Shown: one piece after another, positions 30,249 to 40,255 of the stretch
Layout of the letters: the number at the start of each line of letters is the position of its first letter
Position numbering within the stretch: position 1 is the first letter of the stretch
Assembly: GCA_965263085.1 (NCBI GenBank)
Contig: OZ253582.1
Span: 2,049,135 to 2,113,134, forward strand
DNA from: Nitrospinales bacterium
Lineage (GTDB): Bacteria > Nitrospinota > Nitrospinia > Nitrospinales > VA-1
Direction of reading: 5' to 3'
Length of the DNA stretch: 64,000 nucleotides
Program-made: the position numbers and the translations under genes
The notes under the pieces: generated by a model
Seen by the model: only the letters and a program-made list of their open reading frames with translations
Database searches by the model: none
What the model was told of the DNA's origin: nothing

Positions 30249-30827
30249 TCAGAACAGGGGCGGTTTTTCTTCCATAATAATTTTTTCGCGGGGTGCGTGA
30301 ACCTGACTTTCGCAAATCATAATGATATGAAACCCTAATTTGGTTTTGATGGGTTCATTAATCTTAAATTTCTCTGATTCCATGATGTGGTCGATCAATT
30401 CCTGGCTCATGGTTTGTGGGGCTATTTCTATTCCCTGGTAAATCCATCCCAATGATCCGCCCAGTGCTTTACTCATGCAAGCACTGTATTTTTTTGCAAG
30501 ACGGGTAAAAAATTTCTCCATTTTTTCCCAATCATGAAAAGGTTTGTCGGGGTCGTCCATTTCCTGTTGCGCCAGTTCATTCTGATAATCGGCAAGAGTT
30601 TCCCACATCATTTTTGCAGATTCGAGAGAGGTCATGCGGATGTTTTTCACCCGGTGCTCCATGGGCTTATCGGTGGTGAAAGTCTTCTTCGTTGGGACAA
30701 AGACTTTTTTAATTTTTGGTTTGGGTTTGATAGGGCCTTTAGCACTATCTGCGGCAGGCTGGCGCTCTTTGGCGGTTTTATCCCGCCCGAAAATAGTCTT
30801 TTCAGGTTCCTCGGGTTGTTCAGACAT
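30249..30827 (-). CDS. Parvulin-type peptidyl-prolyl isomerase-like protein
   Basis: C-terminal GGSLGWIYQG...EPIKTKLGFHIIMI resembles the PpiC/parvulin core. The N-terminus is low-complexity and basic. Confidence 0.55.
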   Translation of the reverse strand: MSEQPEEPEKTIFGRDKTAKERQPAADSAKGPIKPKPKIKKVFVPTKKTFTTDKPMEHRVKNIRMTSLESAKMMWETLADYQNELAQQEMDDPDKPFHDWEKMEKFFTRLAKKYSACMSKALGGSLGWIYQGIEIAPQTMSQELIDHIMESEKFKINEPIKTKLGFHIIMICESQVHAPREKIIMEEKPPLF

Positions 30828-30896
30828 AATAATTCTTTAAAAAGGTTTTTTGATTGAGTGCTGGTTATTTTTGATAACAGTGTAATTTGAATGGGT

Positions 30897-31805
30897 TCAT
30901 TTTTCAAGCCATATAGACTCCAGATATCGCAGAACACCCCCTTCGGCATTGCTTCCGATGATTTTGTCAGCGGAATCCTTGATTTCCGGCAGTGCATTTT
31001 CCATGGCAATAGAGCGACCGGCGATGCGAAACATACCGAGATCGTTCAAATAATCTCCGAATACGACGACATGTTCCAGAGGGACTCCCAGTTTTTGAGC
31101 AAGAGTTTCTACCATATTTTCTTTGCTGGCTTCCTTATGGAAGGATTGGAGCCAGTAATAGCCTTTCATGGATACATCCTCGGCAAAATATAAACTGAGG
31201 TGATCAAAATATTTCTCTTGAAGCGACTGATAGACGGGTTTGAGCCGGTCGTATGTGTCGATTAACAGAAATCCGGAAACCTGTTCCTCTTCTTGAAATT
31301 TAAACACGTCGACCTGGCAAAGCCTTCCATCATTTTCAAGGCTTTTGACATAAGCTCGGGAACCGGGATTGGTGGCATTCATATAATACAGCTGGTGTTT
31401 TTCCCCAAGCGTATAGATGAAGGGATCAATGCCTAGGGGCAAGGCCAGTTCGAGCATACTTTGAACGACTTTTTTTTCAATGGCGCTGAAATGTTCTATA
31501 ATGCGCCCGGTATCGAAATCGGCCATGTAAACGCCATTGAACAGAATGACTGGTAGGCTCAGGTTTAATCCCTTCAAAATCGGATATGCGGAATCGTAGT
31601 TTCGGGCGGTGGCTATAGTGAAGCACATTCCCATGTCGATCAGCCTGTTGAGGCGTTTTTTGTACTCGTCAGGGAATGAACTGTCGGGCCGTAACAGGGT
31701 GCCGTCCAGATCGGAAATATATAAAAGCTCTCTATCCATAATGGGGGGGGGTATAATAGGATTTGAATGAATAGAATTCTCGCGGGCCTGTTTGTAAGGA
31801 ATCAC
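30897..31805 (-). CDS. HAD-IIB (Cof-type) phosphatase
   Basis: Motif I is YISDLDGTLL and motif IV is VVFGDYLNDLGMF. It has a Cof-like cap. Confidence 0.8.
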   Translation of the reverse strand: MIPYKQARENSIHSNPIIPPPIMDRELLYISDLDGTLLRPDSSFPDEYKKRLNRLIDMGMCFTIATARNYDSAYPILKGLNLSLPVILFNGVYMADFDTGRIIEHFSAIEKKVVQSMLELALPLGIDPFIYTLGEKHQLYYMNATNPGSRAYVKSLENDGRLCQVDVFKFQEEEQVSGFLLIDTYDRLKPVYQSLQEKYFDHLSLYFAEDVSMKGYYWLQSFHKEASKENMVETLAQKLGVPLEHVVVFGDYLNDLGMFRIAGRSIAMENALPEIKDSADKIIGSNAEGGVLRYLESIWLEK

Positions 31806-31863
31806 TCTGGAAGTATACTATATAATTATCAATTTAATTATTTTGTGAAAAAGGATCTGGTTT

Positions 31864-32646
31864 ATGAGAAATAAAATTCTTACCCGGTACTTGCAATCTA
31901 CGGTTCTGGGGGTATTTCTTGTTTTTAGTCTTTGTTCTAATAGTGATGCTTTTGATTTCTCTGACTGGGATGTGCTGATTAAAAACCATGTGGCTCCTGA
32001 AATGGTGGAGGGTGTTCTGCTCAACGCGGTCGATTATGCTAACTTGAAAAAAGATCCTCTTTTTTCAGGCCTGGTTGCCAAGCTTGAGTCTTACCCTGTA
32101 GAGAGTTTGGAGTCCCATGAATCTAAACTAACCTTCTGGATCAACGTTTATAATATCCTAGCGGCAAAAATGATTACCGACCATTATCCTATAGAGAGTA
32201 TCAAGGATGCGGGGAGTTTATTCGAATCTGTCTGGAAGCAACCGGCGGGCAAGGTGGGAGGCAAAGGACGCACTCTCAACGATATCGAACACGAAATTCT
32301 TAGAAAAATGAATGAGCCTCGCATTCATGTGGCTATAGTCTGCGCTTCTGTCAGTTGTCCGGACCTTCGCCTGGAAGCCTATACGGTGGAAAAGCTGAAT
32401 AACCAGTTGGACGACCAGATGAAAATGTTTTTACAATCCCGCGAAAAGGGAATGAAACTGGATAAAAAGGCAAACCGGGTTTATCTTTCATCTATATTCA
32501 AATGGTTTGCGGAGGACTTTCAAAGCCGTGGAGGAGTTTTAAAATATGTCAGCCAGTATGTTTCGGAAGAGGAAAAAATGGTTTTGAATAATTCCAAAAG
32601 AAAAATTTCTTATCTAGGATATAACTGGAAGATCAATGGACGCTAG
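31864..32646 (+). CDS. DUF547 domain protein (secreted/lipoprotein)
   Basis: Signal peptide plus the LTFWINVYNILAAKMI and PRIHVAIVCASVSCPDL motifs of DUF547. Confidence 0.7.
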   Translation: MRNKILTRYLQSTVLGVFLVFSLCSNSDAFDFSDWDVLIKNHVAPEMVEGVLLNAVDYANLKKDPLFSGLVAKLESYPVESLESHESKLTFWINVYNILAAKMITDHYPIESIKDAGSLFESVWKQPAGKVGGKGRTLNDIEHEILRKMNEPRIHVAIVCASVSCPDLRLEAYTVEKLNNQLDDQMKMFLQSREKGMKLDKKANRVYLSSIFKWFAEDFQSRGGVLKYVSQYVSEEEKMVLNNSKRKISYLGYNWKINGR

Positions 32647-32861
32647 GCATTACTGGCTACTGGGCGTAAGGCAGTGAATAAGGCTCATTCAGTTGAAGGG
32701 TGGCGTATTTATCAACGGAGGTTCTCCATCTAGGGGCGTGAGGCTGTGGCATTCATCACCAGCCTTTATGCCCTGGAGGAATAAAATGCTCATTCCAAGT
32801 TTAACGCTTGTCCGGTATTTTAAAAGCAACGAAAAACATTTCATAGTGAGGACTGAACACA

Positions 32862-33353
32862 ATGGAAATTAGCAAAAAACCCTAGCCTATACTCTCAGTG
32901 TGCGGAAACAAGACCCGTATTGACACGAATCCCGACTTTCAGCGTCCCGCTGTATGGAGTCTCGGTCAAAAGCAATTACTCATCGATACCATCCTGCGCG
33001 GTTATGATATCCCCAAACTTTACTGGCATAAAGTTACTAAATCTCCGGAGACATATGAAGTGGTGGACGGACAACAGCGCCTGCGCACGATTTTCGAGTT
33101 CCATGCGTGCAAGTTCAGTCTAGCTAAGGACGCGGATGACATTGATGGCGTTGTAGTTGCTAAAATGCACTACAAAGACTTGCCGGAAGACCCTCGCCTG
33201 AACTTTGATAATTACAGCCTTGATGTAATAGTGCTCAGCGACACTAGCAAAGATGAGGTGCGCGAAATGTTTCTGCGTCTCCAAAATGGCACAAGCCTGA
33301 AGGCGCAGGAAAAACGTAACGCCATGCCGGGTAAGATGCGTACCTTGTTTTAG
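32862..33353 (+). pseudogene. DUF262 (ParB-like nuclease / GmrSD N-terminal type) gene remnant
   Basis: DFQRPAVWSLGQKQLLIDTILRGYDIPKLYW ... VDGQQRLRTIFEF ... FLRLQNGTSLKAQEKRNA are the DUF262 core motifs. ATG 32862 is in frame but is followed by TAG at 32883-32885. The ORF ends after about 150 aa, only 67 nt from the ftsZ stop, whereas this family is normally much longer (about 350-600 aa). Confidence 0.6.
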
Positions 33354-33420
33354 TTTTTTTTTAAATTCGGTGAATTATTTTTATTCGCGAGCATCCTCAA
33401 TGGGTCCAACGCCACGGGGG

Positions 33421-34581
33421 TTAATCCGCATGCTTGCGGAGAAATGTTGGAATATCAAAATTTGCAGTCAGGTTTCCCGGGTCAGGGTTTTCTCCCTTAA
33501 TGGAAGAGGCCAGAGATTTTAAATGTTTATAAGAAGTTGGATTTGAGTCGCCATCAGCCATTGAGTCTCCCCCCGCCACTTTTTTCAAGGCCGGCCTTTC
33601 TTCAAGTTTCATTGAGATGGCTTCATCAAATCCAGTAGCGATGACGGTCACCCGCATCTCTCCTTCCATTTCTTTGTCGATCACCGCTCCAAAAATGATG
33701 TGAGCGTCGTCATGGGCGCTTTCCTGAATCATCGTTGAAGCCTCATTGACTTCAACAAGGGTGAGATCTTCACCGCCAGTGATATTAATCAGAATGCCTT
33801 TCGCACCGTCTACTGTTGCTTCATCCAGTAAAGGGCTGGAGATGGCTTTCTGTGCTGCCTCAGCAGCCCGCGTTTCTCCGGTGGCAGTGCCGCTGCCCAT
33901 CAGAGCTTTGCCCATGTTACCCATGATGCATTTAACATCGGCAAAGTCGAGATTAATGAGGCCGGGTATCACAATTAGGTCAGAGATGCTACAGACCGCC
34001 TGCTTCAAAACATCGTCCACCATGGCAAAGGCTCCTGTGAAAGAAGCTTGTTTTCCAGCATAACTGAGAAGCTTTTGGTTGGGAATCATAATCAAAGTGT
34101 CAACTGCATCCTTAAGCTCCAAGATTCCTTCGTCCGCCTGGCGCATTCGCCGTTTGCCCTCAAACGCAAAAGGTCTGGTGACCACGCCGACAGTCAAGGC
34201 TCCCACTTCCTTGGCAATACGTGAAATGATGGGTGCGGCCCCGGTCCCCGTTCCTCCACCCATTCCAGCGGTGATGAAGACCATATCCGCTCCTTCTAGC
34301 ATTTCGCGAATGGTAGCTTCGCTCTCTTCGGCGGCCTTTCTTCCGATTTCAGGGTTGGATCCCGCACCAAGCCCGCGGGTCAATTCTTCGCCAATTTGGA
34401 TTTTCCCAGAGCAGCCAGATTTCTCAAGCGTTTGCTGATCTGTGTTAGCAATAATAAACTCCACACCAAGGATATTGTCCTGAACCATGGAGTTGACAGC
34501 ATTATTTCCTCCGCCTCCTACACCAACGACCTTGATTGTTGCTGAATAATTGTTTTTGTTATCAAACTCTATTAAACTCAT
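33421..34581 (-). CDS. ftsZ: Cell division GTPase FtsZ
   Basis: [15 protein letters not shown] and the tubulin signature [10 protein letters not shown]. Confidence 0.98.
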   Translation of the reverse strand: MSLIEFDNKNNYSATIKVVGVGGGGNNAVNSMVQDNILGVEFIIANTDQQTLEKSGCSGKIQIGEELTRGLGAGSNPEIGRKAAEESEATIREMLEGADMVFITAGMGGGTGTGAAPIISRIAKEVGALTVGVVTRPFAFEGKRRMRQADEGILELKDAVDTLIMIPNQKLLSYAGKQASFTGAFAMVDDVLKQAVCSISDLIVIPGLINLDFADVKCIMGNMGKALMGSGTATGETRAAEAAQKAISSPLLDEATVDGAKGILINITGGEDLTLVEVNEASTMIQESAHDDAHIIFGAVIDKEMEGEMRVTVIATGFDEAISMKLEERPALKKVAGGDSMADGDSNPTSYKHLKSLASSIKGENPDPGNLTANFDIPTFLRKHAD

Positions 34582-34595
34582 TGTGCCCTCCGGTT

Positions 34596-35828
34596 TTAAA
34601 AAAATTCATCTGCCCAATCTTTCATCCGTGTAAAAATTTTGTTGAACAGGTTCCTTCCTTGAAGTTCCTGGTTCATTCCCGACTTAAATCTTTTGGATCC
34701 ATATTGGATTAGTCCTGTACAGGTGGCGTACATGGGATTGTTCACGACATCCATCAGCCCTCCAAGGCCAATGGGTGTTCCCACGCGTACAGGTGACTGG
34801 AAAACGTCCTCTGCCAATTCAGCCATGCCCTGCATGCTTGCCGCTCCTCCTGTCAGGACGATGCCTGAAGAAATAATTTCCCTGTAGCCGGATTCACTGA
34901 TTTTATGATCCAGCAGTTCGAACATTTCCCGTGTTCTGGCTTCAATAATTTCGCTGAGAATCTGGCGTGAGACCGTTCGAGGTTCTCGTCCACCGACACT
35001 TGGTGCTTCGATATTTTCTCCTTCCTGAACCAGGGGAGGGTAGGCGCATCCATAAGAGCGTTTGATTTTTTCCGCTTCCGAGTTTGGGGTGCGAAGTCCG
35101 ATGGCGATATCATTTGTCATTTGAGCACCAGCAATCGTTAAAACCGCTGTATGTTTGATGGCTCCTTGGAAGAAAATAGCCAGATCAGAGGTTCCACCCC
35201 CGATATCAATCATCGCAACGCCGAGTTCCCTTTCATCCTGAGATAAAACGGATTCACTGGAAGCTAGTTGCTCCAGCACAATGTCCTGAACTCCAAGACC
35301 TGCCTTGTTGACACATTTGACAATATTTTGTGCGGAAGTCACGGCTGCTGTAACGATATGAACCTTGGCTTCAAGCCTCACTCCCGCCATTCCCAATGGA
35401 GTTTTAATCCCGTCCTGATTATCGACGATATATTCCTGAGTAAGAACATGGATAACTTCGCGTTCAAGAGGGATGGCAATGGCTTTGGCGGCTTCGATGA
35501 CGCGATCAATATCCTTCTGTGTGATTTCTTTTCCTTTGACCGCGATTATGCCATGGCTGTTTATACTGTTGATGTGGCCTCCTGCAATACCTACAAAGAC
35601 AGAATCGATTTCGCATCCGGCCATCAATTCGGCTTCCTCAACAGCAGTTTTTATGGATTCCATGGTACTGTCAATATTTACGACTACACCTTTACGCAAG
35701 CCCCGTGATGGATGTTGGCCTAGTCCGATGATATCTATTTTGTCATCATTAACAACCTCGCCGATGATGCAACAGATTTTGGTTGTTCCAATATCCAGTC
35801 CGACTATATAATTACTTTTTTTGACCAT
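34596..35828 (-). CDS. ftsA: Cell division protein FtsA
   Basis: Actin-like ATPase motifs [16 protein letters not shown] and [12 protein letters not shown]. Confidence 0.97.
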   Translation of the reverse strand: MVKKSNYIVGLDIGTTKICCIIGEVVNDDKIDIIGLGQHPSRGLRKGVVVNIDSTMESIKTAVEEAELMAGCEIDSVFVGIAGGHINSINSHGIIAVKGKEITQKDIDRVIEAAKAIAIPLEREVIHVLTQEYIVDNQDGIKTPLGMAGVRLEAKVHIVTAAVTSAQNIVKCVNKAGLGVQDIVLEQLASSESVLSQDERELGVAMIDIGGGTSDLAIFFQGAIKHTAVLTIAGAQMTNDIAIGLRTPNSEAEKIKRSYGCAYPPLVQEGENIEAPSVGGREPRTVSRQILSEIIEARTREMFELLDHKISESGYREIISSGIVLTGGAASMQGMAELAEDVFQSPVRVGTPIGLGGLMDVVNNPMYATCTGLIQYGSKRFKSGMNQELQGRNLFNKIFTRMKDWADEFF

Positions 35829-35843
35829 GCGTCCAATCTCCTC

Positions 35844-36746
35844 CTAGTTGGTTTGTCGCTTCATGGATGTTGAATTGATTGAAATTCGATCCCGGACAAC
35901 GACTTGATCCTTAAACGATAGATCAATCATCCTAATCTTCATGTTGTCATCTTCCAAAGTATCGAGAACGATCATGAATTTTTTGAGCCCTTCCGTTAAT
36001 GCTTCCATGGACATTTGAATTTGTAGATCGCGATTGCGAGTGAAAAACATGATTCTGGAATTTCCCTTTAGTTCTACGATGTCTAGGGGGTTGTTTTCAA
36101 AAAAAGAAAGCCTGTTGAAATAATGCATGGTTTTGAGGCTCTGTATGGCCTTATCTCCGGAAAATTTTTCTGGTTTTGCCTTCTTTTCAGATTGAACGAT
36201 CAACGGTAAATGCCGATGCTCCGGTTTTTCCTCGGAGAGAATTACCCCAAAACTATCCATTAAAAATATCTTTTCGAATTTAACCCGGGCGTAGGGCACG
36301 CGTTCAATCAATTCAATTTGCACTTCCTGAGGAAACTTCCGCTGGATAGATGCGGAAAAAACCCAGGGGTGCTCCGCAAGTCTTTCTGAAGCCTTGGACA
36401 GATCATAAGTGAACAGGTTTTCTCCATGAATCGGCCCGAGCCAGTTCAGGAGTTGGTTGTCCGGCAGAGAATGGTGACCGCGAAACGAGACGTTAGTAAT
36501 TTTAAACCTGGGGTCGGAAATCAAAAAACTATAGCTGGCATAAATTAAATAACTGACCACCCCTGCCAGAAAAAGTTTTGAGCCCAGTTCAAATAATATT
36601 CTCGTCCAGGAAAAATCACGGGCCGATGTTTTTAAAGGAGCTTTCTTATTTAAGTTGCCGCCACGTTTCTGCTTTTTCTTTCTTTCAGAGAGCAGGTCCG
36701 ACCACGCTATGGAGGGACTTTTTTGATTTGTGATTGCAAAATCCAT
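35844..36746 (-). CDS. ftsQ: Cell division protein FtsQ
   Basis: One TM helix followed by a POTRA domain (FKITNVSFRGHHSLPDNQLLNWL). It lies between ddl and ftsA. Confidence 0.8.
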   Translation of the reverse strand: MDFAITNQKSPSIAWSDLLSERKKKQKRGGNLNKKAPLKTSARDFSWTRILFELGSKLFLAGVVSYLIYASYSFLISDPRFKITNVSFRGHHSLPDNQLLNWLGPIHGENLFTYDLSKASERLAEHPWVFSASIQRKFPQEVQIELIERVPYARVKFEKIFLMDSFGVILSEEKPEHRHLPLIVQSEKKAKPEKFSGDKAIQSLKTMHYFNRLSFFENNPLDIVELKGNSRIMFFTRNRDLQIQMSMEALTEGLKKFMIVLDTLEDDNMKIRMIDLSFKDQVVVRDRISINSTSMKRQTN

Positions 36747-36748
36747 GA

Positions 36749-37666
36749 TTATTCCGTGTAATCCCGTTGAGCAGTTTTTAATATTTCAATAACTAAACCA
36801 TCAAACTCCAGCCCCATCTTCTGAGCTGCCATCGGTAGGAGGCTGGTGGGTGTCATGCCGGGGATGGTGTTCATTTCCAGAACCTGAGGGATTCCAGCAC
36901 CATCCAGAATGAGATCCACGCGAGGGAACCCTCTTCCTCTTAATACCTGAAAGACCTGTTTCGCTGTTTGTCTACACAGGTACGCTTCGTTTTCATCAAG
37001 GTCTGCCGGGCAGATGTATTCAGTCTTTCCAGAGGTGTATTTTGCCTCGTAGTCATAAAAACCGGACTTGGGCCGGATGTGAACAATCGGCATGGGTGTC
37101 ATTTCATTCATTCCAATTGCCAGAAGCTTTCCTTCAATAAACTTCTCTACAATTGCTTCTTCAGAATAAGCGAACGCGGTTTCCAATGCCGATTCCCATT
37201 GGCTCTCGGTTTTAACAATAGTTATTCCCAGACTTGACCCTTGGTTGGTTGGCTTGACGACAACAGGAAGATCCAGGCTCCGGTTTGTTCTTTGGTTTTT
37301 ATAGAAAACTTCGTATTCGGCTGTGGGTATTTCATGAAATTTTAAGATTTCCTTGGATTTTAATTTGTCATAAGCCAGGGCACTGCCCATAACTCCCGAC
37401 CCGGTATAAGGGATTTTAAAATATTCGAGCAAACCTTGAACGCAGCCGTCTTCCCCAAAGGTCCCATGCAGGGCTAGAAAAGCCAGGTCAATGGGGTTCG
37501 ACTTGAGTGTTTCACCGATATTATGGTCAACATGAATCGGCAAGGCGGTCAATCCTTTCCTGTTAATGGCCTCAAGGACCGAGTTTCCAGTGATGATTGA
37601 AACTTCTCGCTCAGGAGAAAGCCCTCCCATAAGTACTCCGATGGTTTTATTTTTTAAATTATCCAA
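36749..37666 (-). CDS. ddl: D-alanine--D-alanine ligase
   Basis: IGVLMGGLSPEREVSI..., HGTFGEDGCVQGLLE and an ATP-grasp C-terminus (LEMNTIPGMT). Confidence 0.95.
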   Translation of the reverse strand: MDNLKNKTIGVLMGGLSPEREVSIITGNSVLEAINRKGLTALPIHVDHNIGETLKSNPIDLAFLALHGTFGEDGCVQGLLEYFKIPYTGSGVMGSALAYDKLKSKEILKFHEIPTAEYEVFYKNQRTNRSLDLPVVVKPTNQGSSLGITIVKTESQWESALETAFAYSEEAIVEKFIEGKLLAIGMNEMTPMPIVHIRPKSGFYDYEAKYTSGKTEYICPADLDENEAYLCRQTAKQVFQVLRGRGFPRVDLILDGAGIPQVLEMNTIPGMTPTSLLPMAAQKMGLEFDGLVIEILKTAQRDYTE

Positions 37667-37694
37667 AAGCCTTATTACAAATTCCTTTTAAACA

Positions 37695-37764
37695 GGTCCG
37701 CCTCGGCCCTTGGCCAAAAAGGGCAGGAGAACAAAGGAAGGAGAGGCACCTTTGTTTGCGGACC
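37695..37764. repeat. Nested inverted repeat in the murB-ddl intergenic spacer
   Basis: The outer stem is GGTCCGC (37695-37701) / GCGGACC (37758-37764). It encloses GGCC-CTT-GGCC and AACAAAGG-N11-CCTTTGTT (37730-37756). Confidence 0.35.
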
Positions 37765-37794
37765 AATTAATATTTCTATTTCTCCAGTTCATTT

Positions 37795-38850
37795 TCATTC
37801 GCCTGCGCTAACAATTTCGGTTTGTAATTCAATACCCGTTTTTTTCTTAACCTCTTTTTGAATGTTCACAATCAAATGGAGCACATCTTTGGCTATTGCG
37901 CCTCCTTTGTTGATAATGAAATTTGCGTGCTTGATCGAAACTCCGGCATTGCCAACAGAAAGTCCTTTGAGTCCTATGGATTCGATCAACCTTCCTGCTG
38001 TGTCGCCTTCGGGGTTTTTGAAGACGGAACCTGAGTTGGGCACTGTTAATGGTTGGGTCTGCGATCTTCTGGAGAGGTGCCGGTCCATCGAGTTCTGGAT
38101 TTCAGGACGATTCCCTTCTTCCAGTTCCAACTCTGCCTCAATAATGATTCCATCACCGTCAGGGAAAATGGTTTTTCTGTATTCGAAAGAAAGTTCTTCG
38201 CGTTTTAAAGTTTGAATTTCCCCGTCTGAAGTGATCCTGGTTACGCTGCGAATAATCTGGTCTGTTTCGGTGCCCTCTGCTCCGGCATTCATGACGATTG
38301 CGCCTCCCAATGATCCGGGAATACCTACCAACCGCTCAATGCCTGTGAGGGAATAGCGGGCCGCGTGTTTGGCGAGGTAAGACATTTTCACTCCGGCTCC
38401 CACTTTCATCACTGCCCGACGGTTTCCGGTTTCCTTACGGAAAAATAGAGGACGTTTGATTTCCTTGAAACAATTTTTTAAGGAGATGACCACTCCCCGT
38501 ATTCCACGGTCGCCGATTAGCAAGTTAGTTCCTTCGCCGAGAATGAAAAGAGGCTGAGAGCCTTTGTGTTTTAGAATCGTTTGAATATCGCGAACATTCT
38601 CAGGGAAAATCAACACATCCGCCGGACCGCCAATTTTAATGGAAGTGTAGGGAGCTAGAATTTCGTTTTGCAGGACTGTGCCTTTTATCTTATGTAACCA
38701 TGGAAATGAATAGCTCATAGTTTTACTCTGATGAATTTTATGACCCAGAACGGTTTTTGGATACTCCATTTTGGTTTTGAAGTTGAACTCCATTCCCGTT
38801 CCAGAATGGGCAATGTGAATCAATCGGCGCTTCCAGGCTTCGTTGAGCAT
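37795..38850 (-). CDS. murB: UDP-N-acetylenolpyruvoylglucosamine reductase
   Basis: LAPYTSIKIGGPADVL, GEGTNLL and PNSGSVFKNP. The ATG at 38850 has an AGGAAGGA RBS. The conserved core begins near M45, so there is an N-terminal extension of about 44 aa. Confidence 0.9.
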   Translation of the reverse strand: MLNEAWKRRLIHIAHSGTGMEFNFKTKMEYPKTVLGHKIHQSKTMSYSFPWLHKIKGTVLQNEILAPYTSIKIGGPADVLIFPENVRDIQTILKHKGSQPLFILGEGTNLLIGDRGIRGVVISLKNCFKEIKRPLFFRKETGNRRAVMKVGAGVKMSYLAKHAARYSLTGIERLVGIPGSLGGAIVMNAGAEGTETDQIIRSVTRITSDGEIQTLKREELSFEYRKTIFPDGDGIIIEAELELEEGNRPEIQNSMDRHLSRRSQTQPLTVPNSGSVFKNPEGDTAGRLIESIGLKGLSVGNAGVSIKHANFIINKGGAIAKDVLHLIVNIQKEVKKKTGIELQTEIVSAGE

Positions 38851-38878
38851 AGATGACGATCCTTCCTATTGAAAGTGG

Positions 38879-40255
38879 TCAATCATTGAAGTGGGATGCA
38901 AGCTTGTGGCTTAACTCCCCTATATTCCCAGCGCCGAGAGTGATGATAATGTCTCCTGGTTTGAGAATCTTTTGTAAATGTGGGATCACGGACTCCATGT
39001 TCCCGATGTGTTCTACGTTTTTATGTCCAAACTCTTTCACACCCCTGGCGATACTTTGGGAATTAACCCCTTCTATTGCTTCTTCCCCCGCAGGATAGAT
39101 ATCAAGCAGAAGCAGTTGTTCGGCATCGTTGAAAGCGGAAAAAAAACTTTCCATGAGATATTTCGTACGCGAATAGCGGTGTGGCTGAAATATAACGACG
39201 AGTCTCCGATCCGGCCAGGCTTCTTTCGCGGTTAACAGGGTGGCTTGGATTTCTACTGGATGGTGGCCGTAATCATCAATAATTATCAAAGACTCGGACT
39301 GCTTCAGGATTTCAAATCTTCTCTGTACGCCGGTAAATTTTTTCAGCGACTCAGCAATGGTTGGGAATTTTATTCCCAATTCCATTCCGACAGCGACTGC
39401 TGCAAGGGTGTTACAAACATTATGTCGTCCTGAAGCTCCGGATAATATTTTCCCCAGCTTTTTGTCCTGGTGATAGACGGTGAAGTAGGTTTTCAATCCT
39501 TCTACCGATATATTGCGGGCGGTGTAATCAGCCTGCGATTTCAAACCATAGGTAATGGTTCGTTTTTCAATCCCAGGAAGCAGTGACTGAAGATTGGCAT
39601 CATCCAGACACAAGATCGTGGCCCCATAGAAAGGGATTTTGTTGAGAAACTGCAAGAATGTGGATTTCATATTTTTCATGGTCTGATAAAAATCCATATG
39701 TTCTTCGTCCAGGGTCGTGACCACTGCCAGCGTGGGAGAAAGCTTAAGGAAAGAACCATCGCTTTCATCGGCTTCGGCAATGAGATACTGACTCTGGCTG
39801 AATTTCGCGTGTCCGCCCATATTCATGATTCTTCCGCCAATGACCACTGTCGGGTCAAGGTCTCCAGCCGTCAGGACCGTGGCAACAAGTGAAGTGGTCG
39901 TGGTTTTCCCATGAGTACCGGCAATGGCTATGCCATGTTTCATCCGCATTAGTTCTGCCAGCATTTCAGCTCGGTGAACGACTGGTATCGATTGCTCCCG
40001 GGCGGCCTGCACCTCTACGTTGTTGTCATTGACGGCGCTGGATACGACGACAACATGTTTACCCATGATGTTTTCCGCGTTATGGTTGTGATGGATGTCC
40101 GCTCCCAAGTCTTTCAGATAGTCGGTGCCCCGATTGGAAGAGAGATCGGAACCGCTCACCTCATAACCCTGGTTGATTAAAACTTCAGCAATTCCGCTCA
40201 TTCCCGACCCTCCGATCCCTATAAGATGGATCCGTTGTGTTTTTCCTAGAAACAT
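38879..40255 (-). CDS. murC: UDP-N-acetylmuramate--L-alanine ligase
   Basis: IHLIGIGGSGMSGIAEVL and the P-loop IAGTHGKTTTTS. Confidence 0.95.
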   Translation of the reverse strand: MFLGKTQRIHLIGIGGSGMSGIAEVLINQGYEVSGSDLSSNRGTDYLKDLGADIHHNHNAENIMGKHVVVVSSAVNDNNVEVQAAREQSIPVVHRAEMLAELMRMKHGIAIAGTHGKTTTTSLVATVLTAGDLDPTVVIGGRIMNMGGHAKFSQSQYLIAEADESDGSFLKLSPTLAVVTTLDEEHMDFYQTMKNMKSTFLQFLNKIPFYGATILCLDDANLQSLLPGIEKRTITYGLKSQADYTARNISVEGLKTYFTVYHQDKKLGKILSGASGRHNVCNTLAAVAVGMELGIKFPTIAESLKKFTGVQRRFEILKQSESLIIIDDYGHHPVEIQATLLTAKEAWPDRRLVVIFQPHRYSRTKYLMESFFSAFNDAEQLLLLDIYPAGEEAIEGVNSQSIARGVKEFGHKNVEHIGNMESVIPHLQKILKPGDIIITLGAGNIGELSHKLASHFND

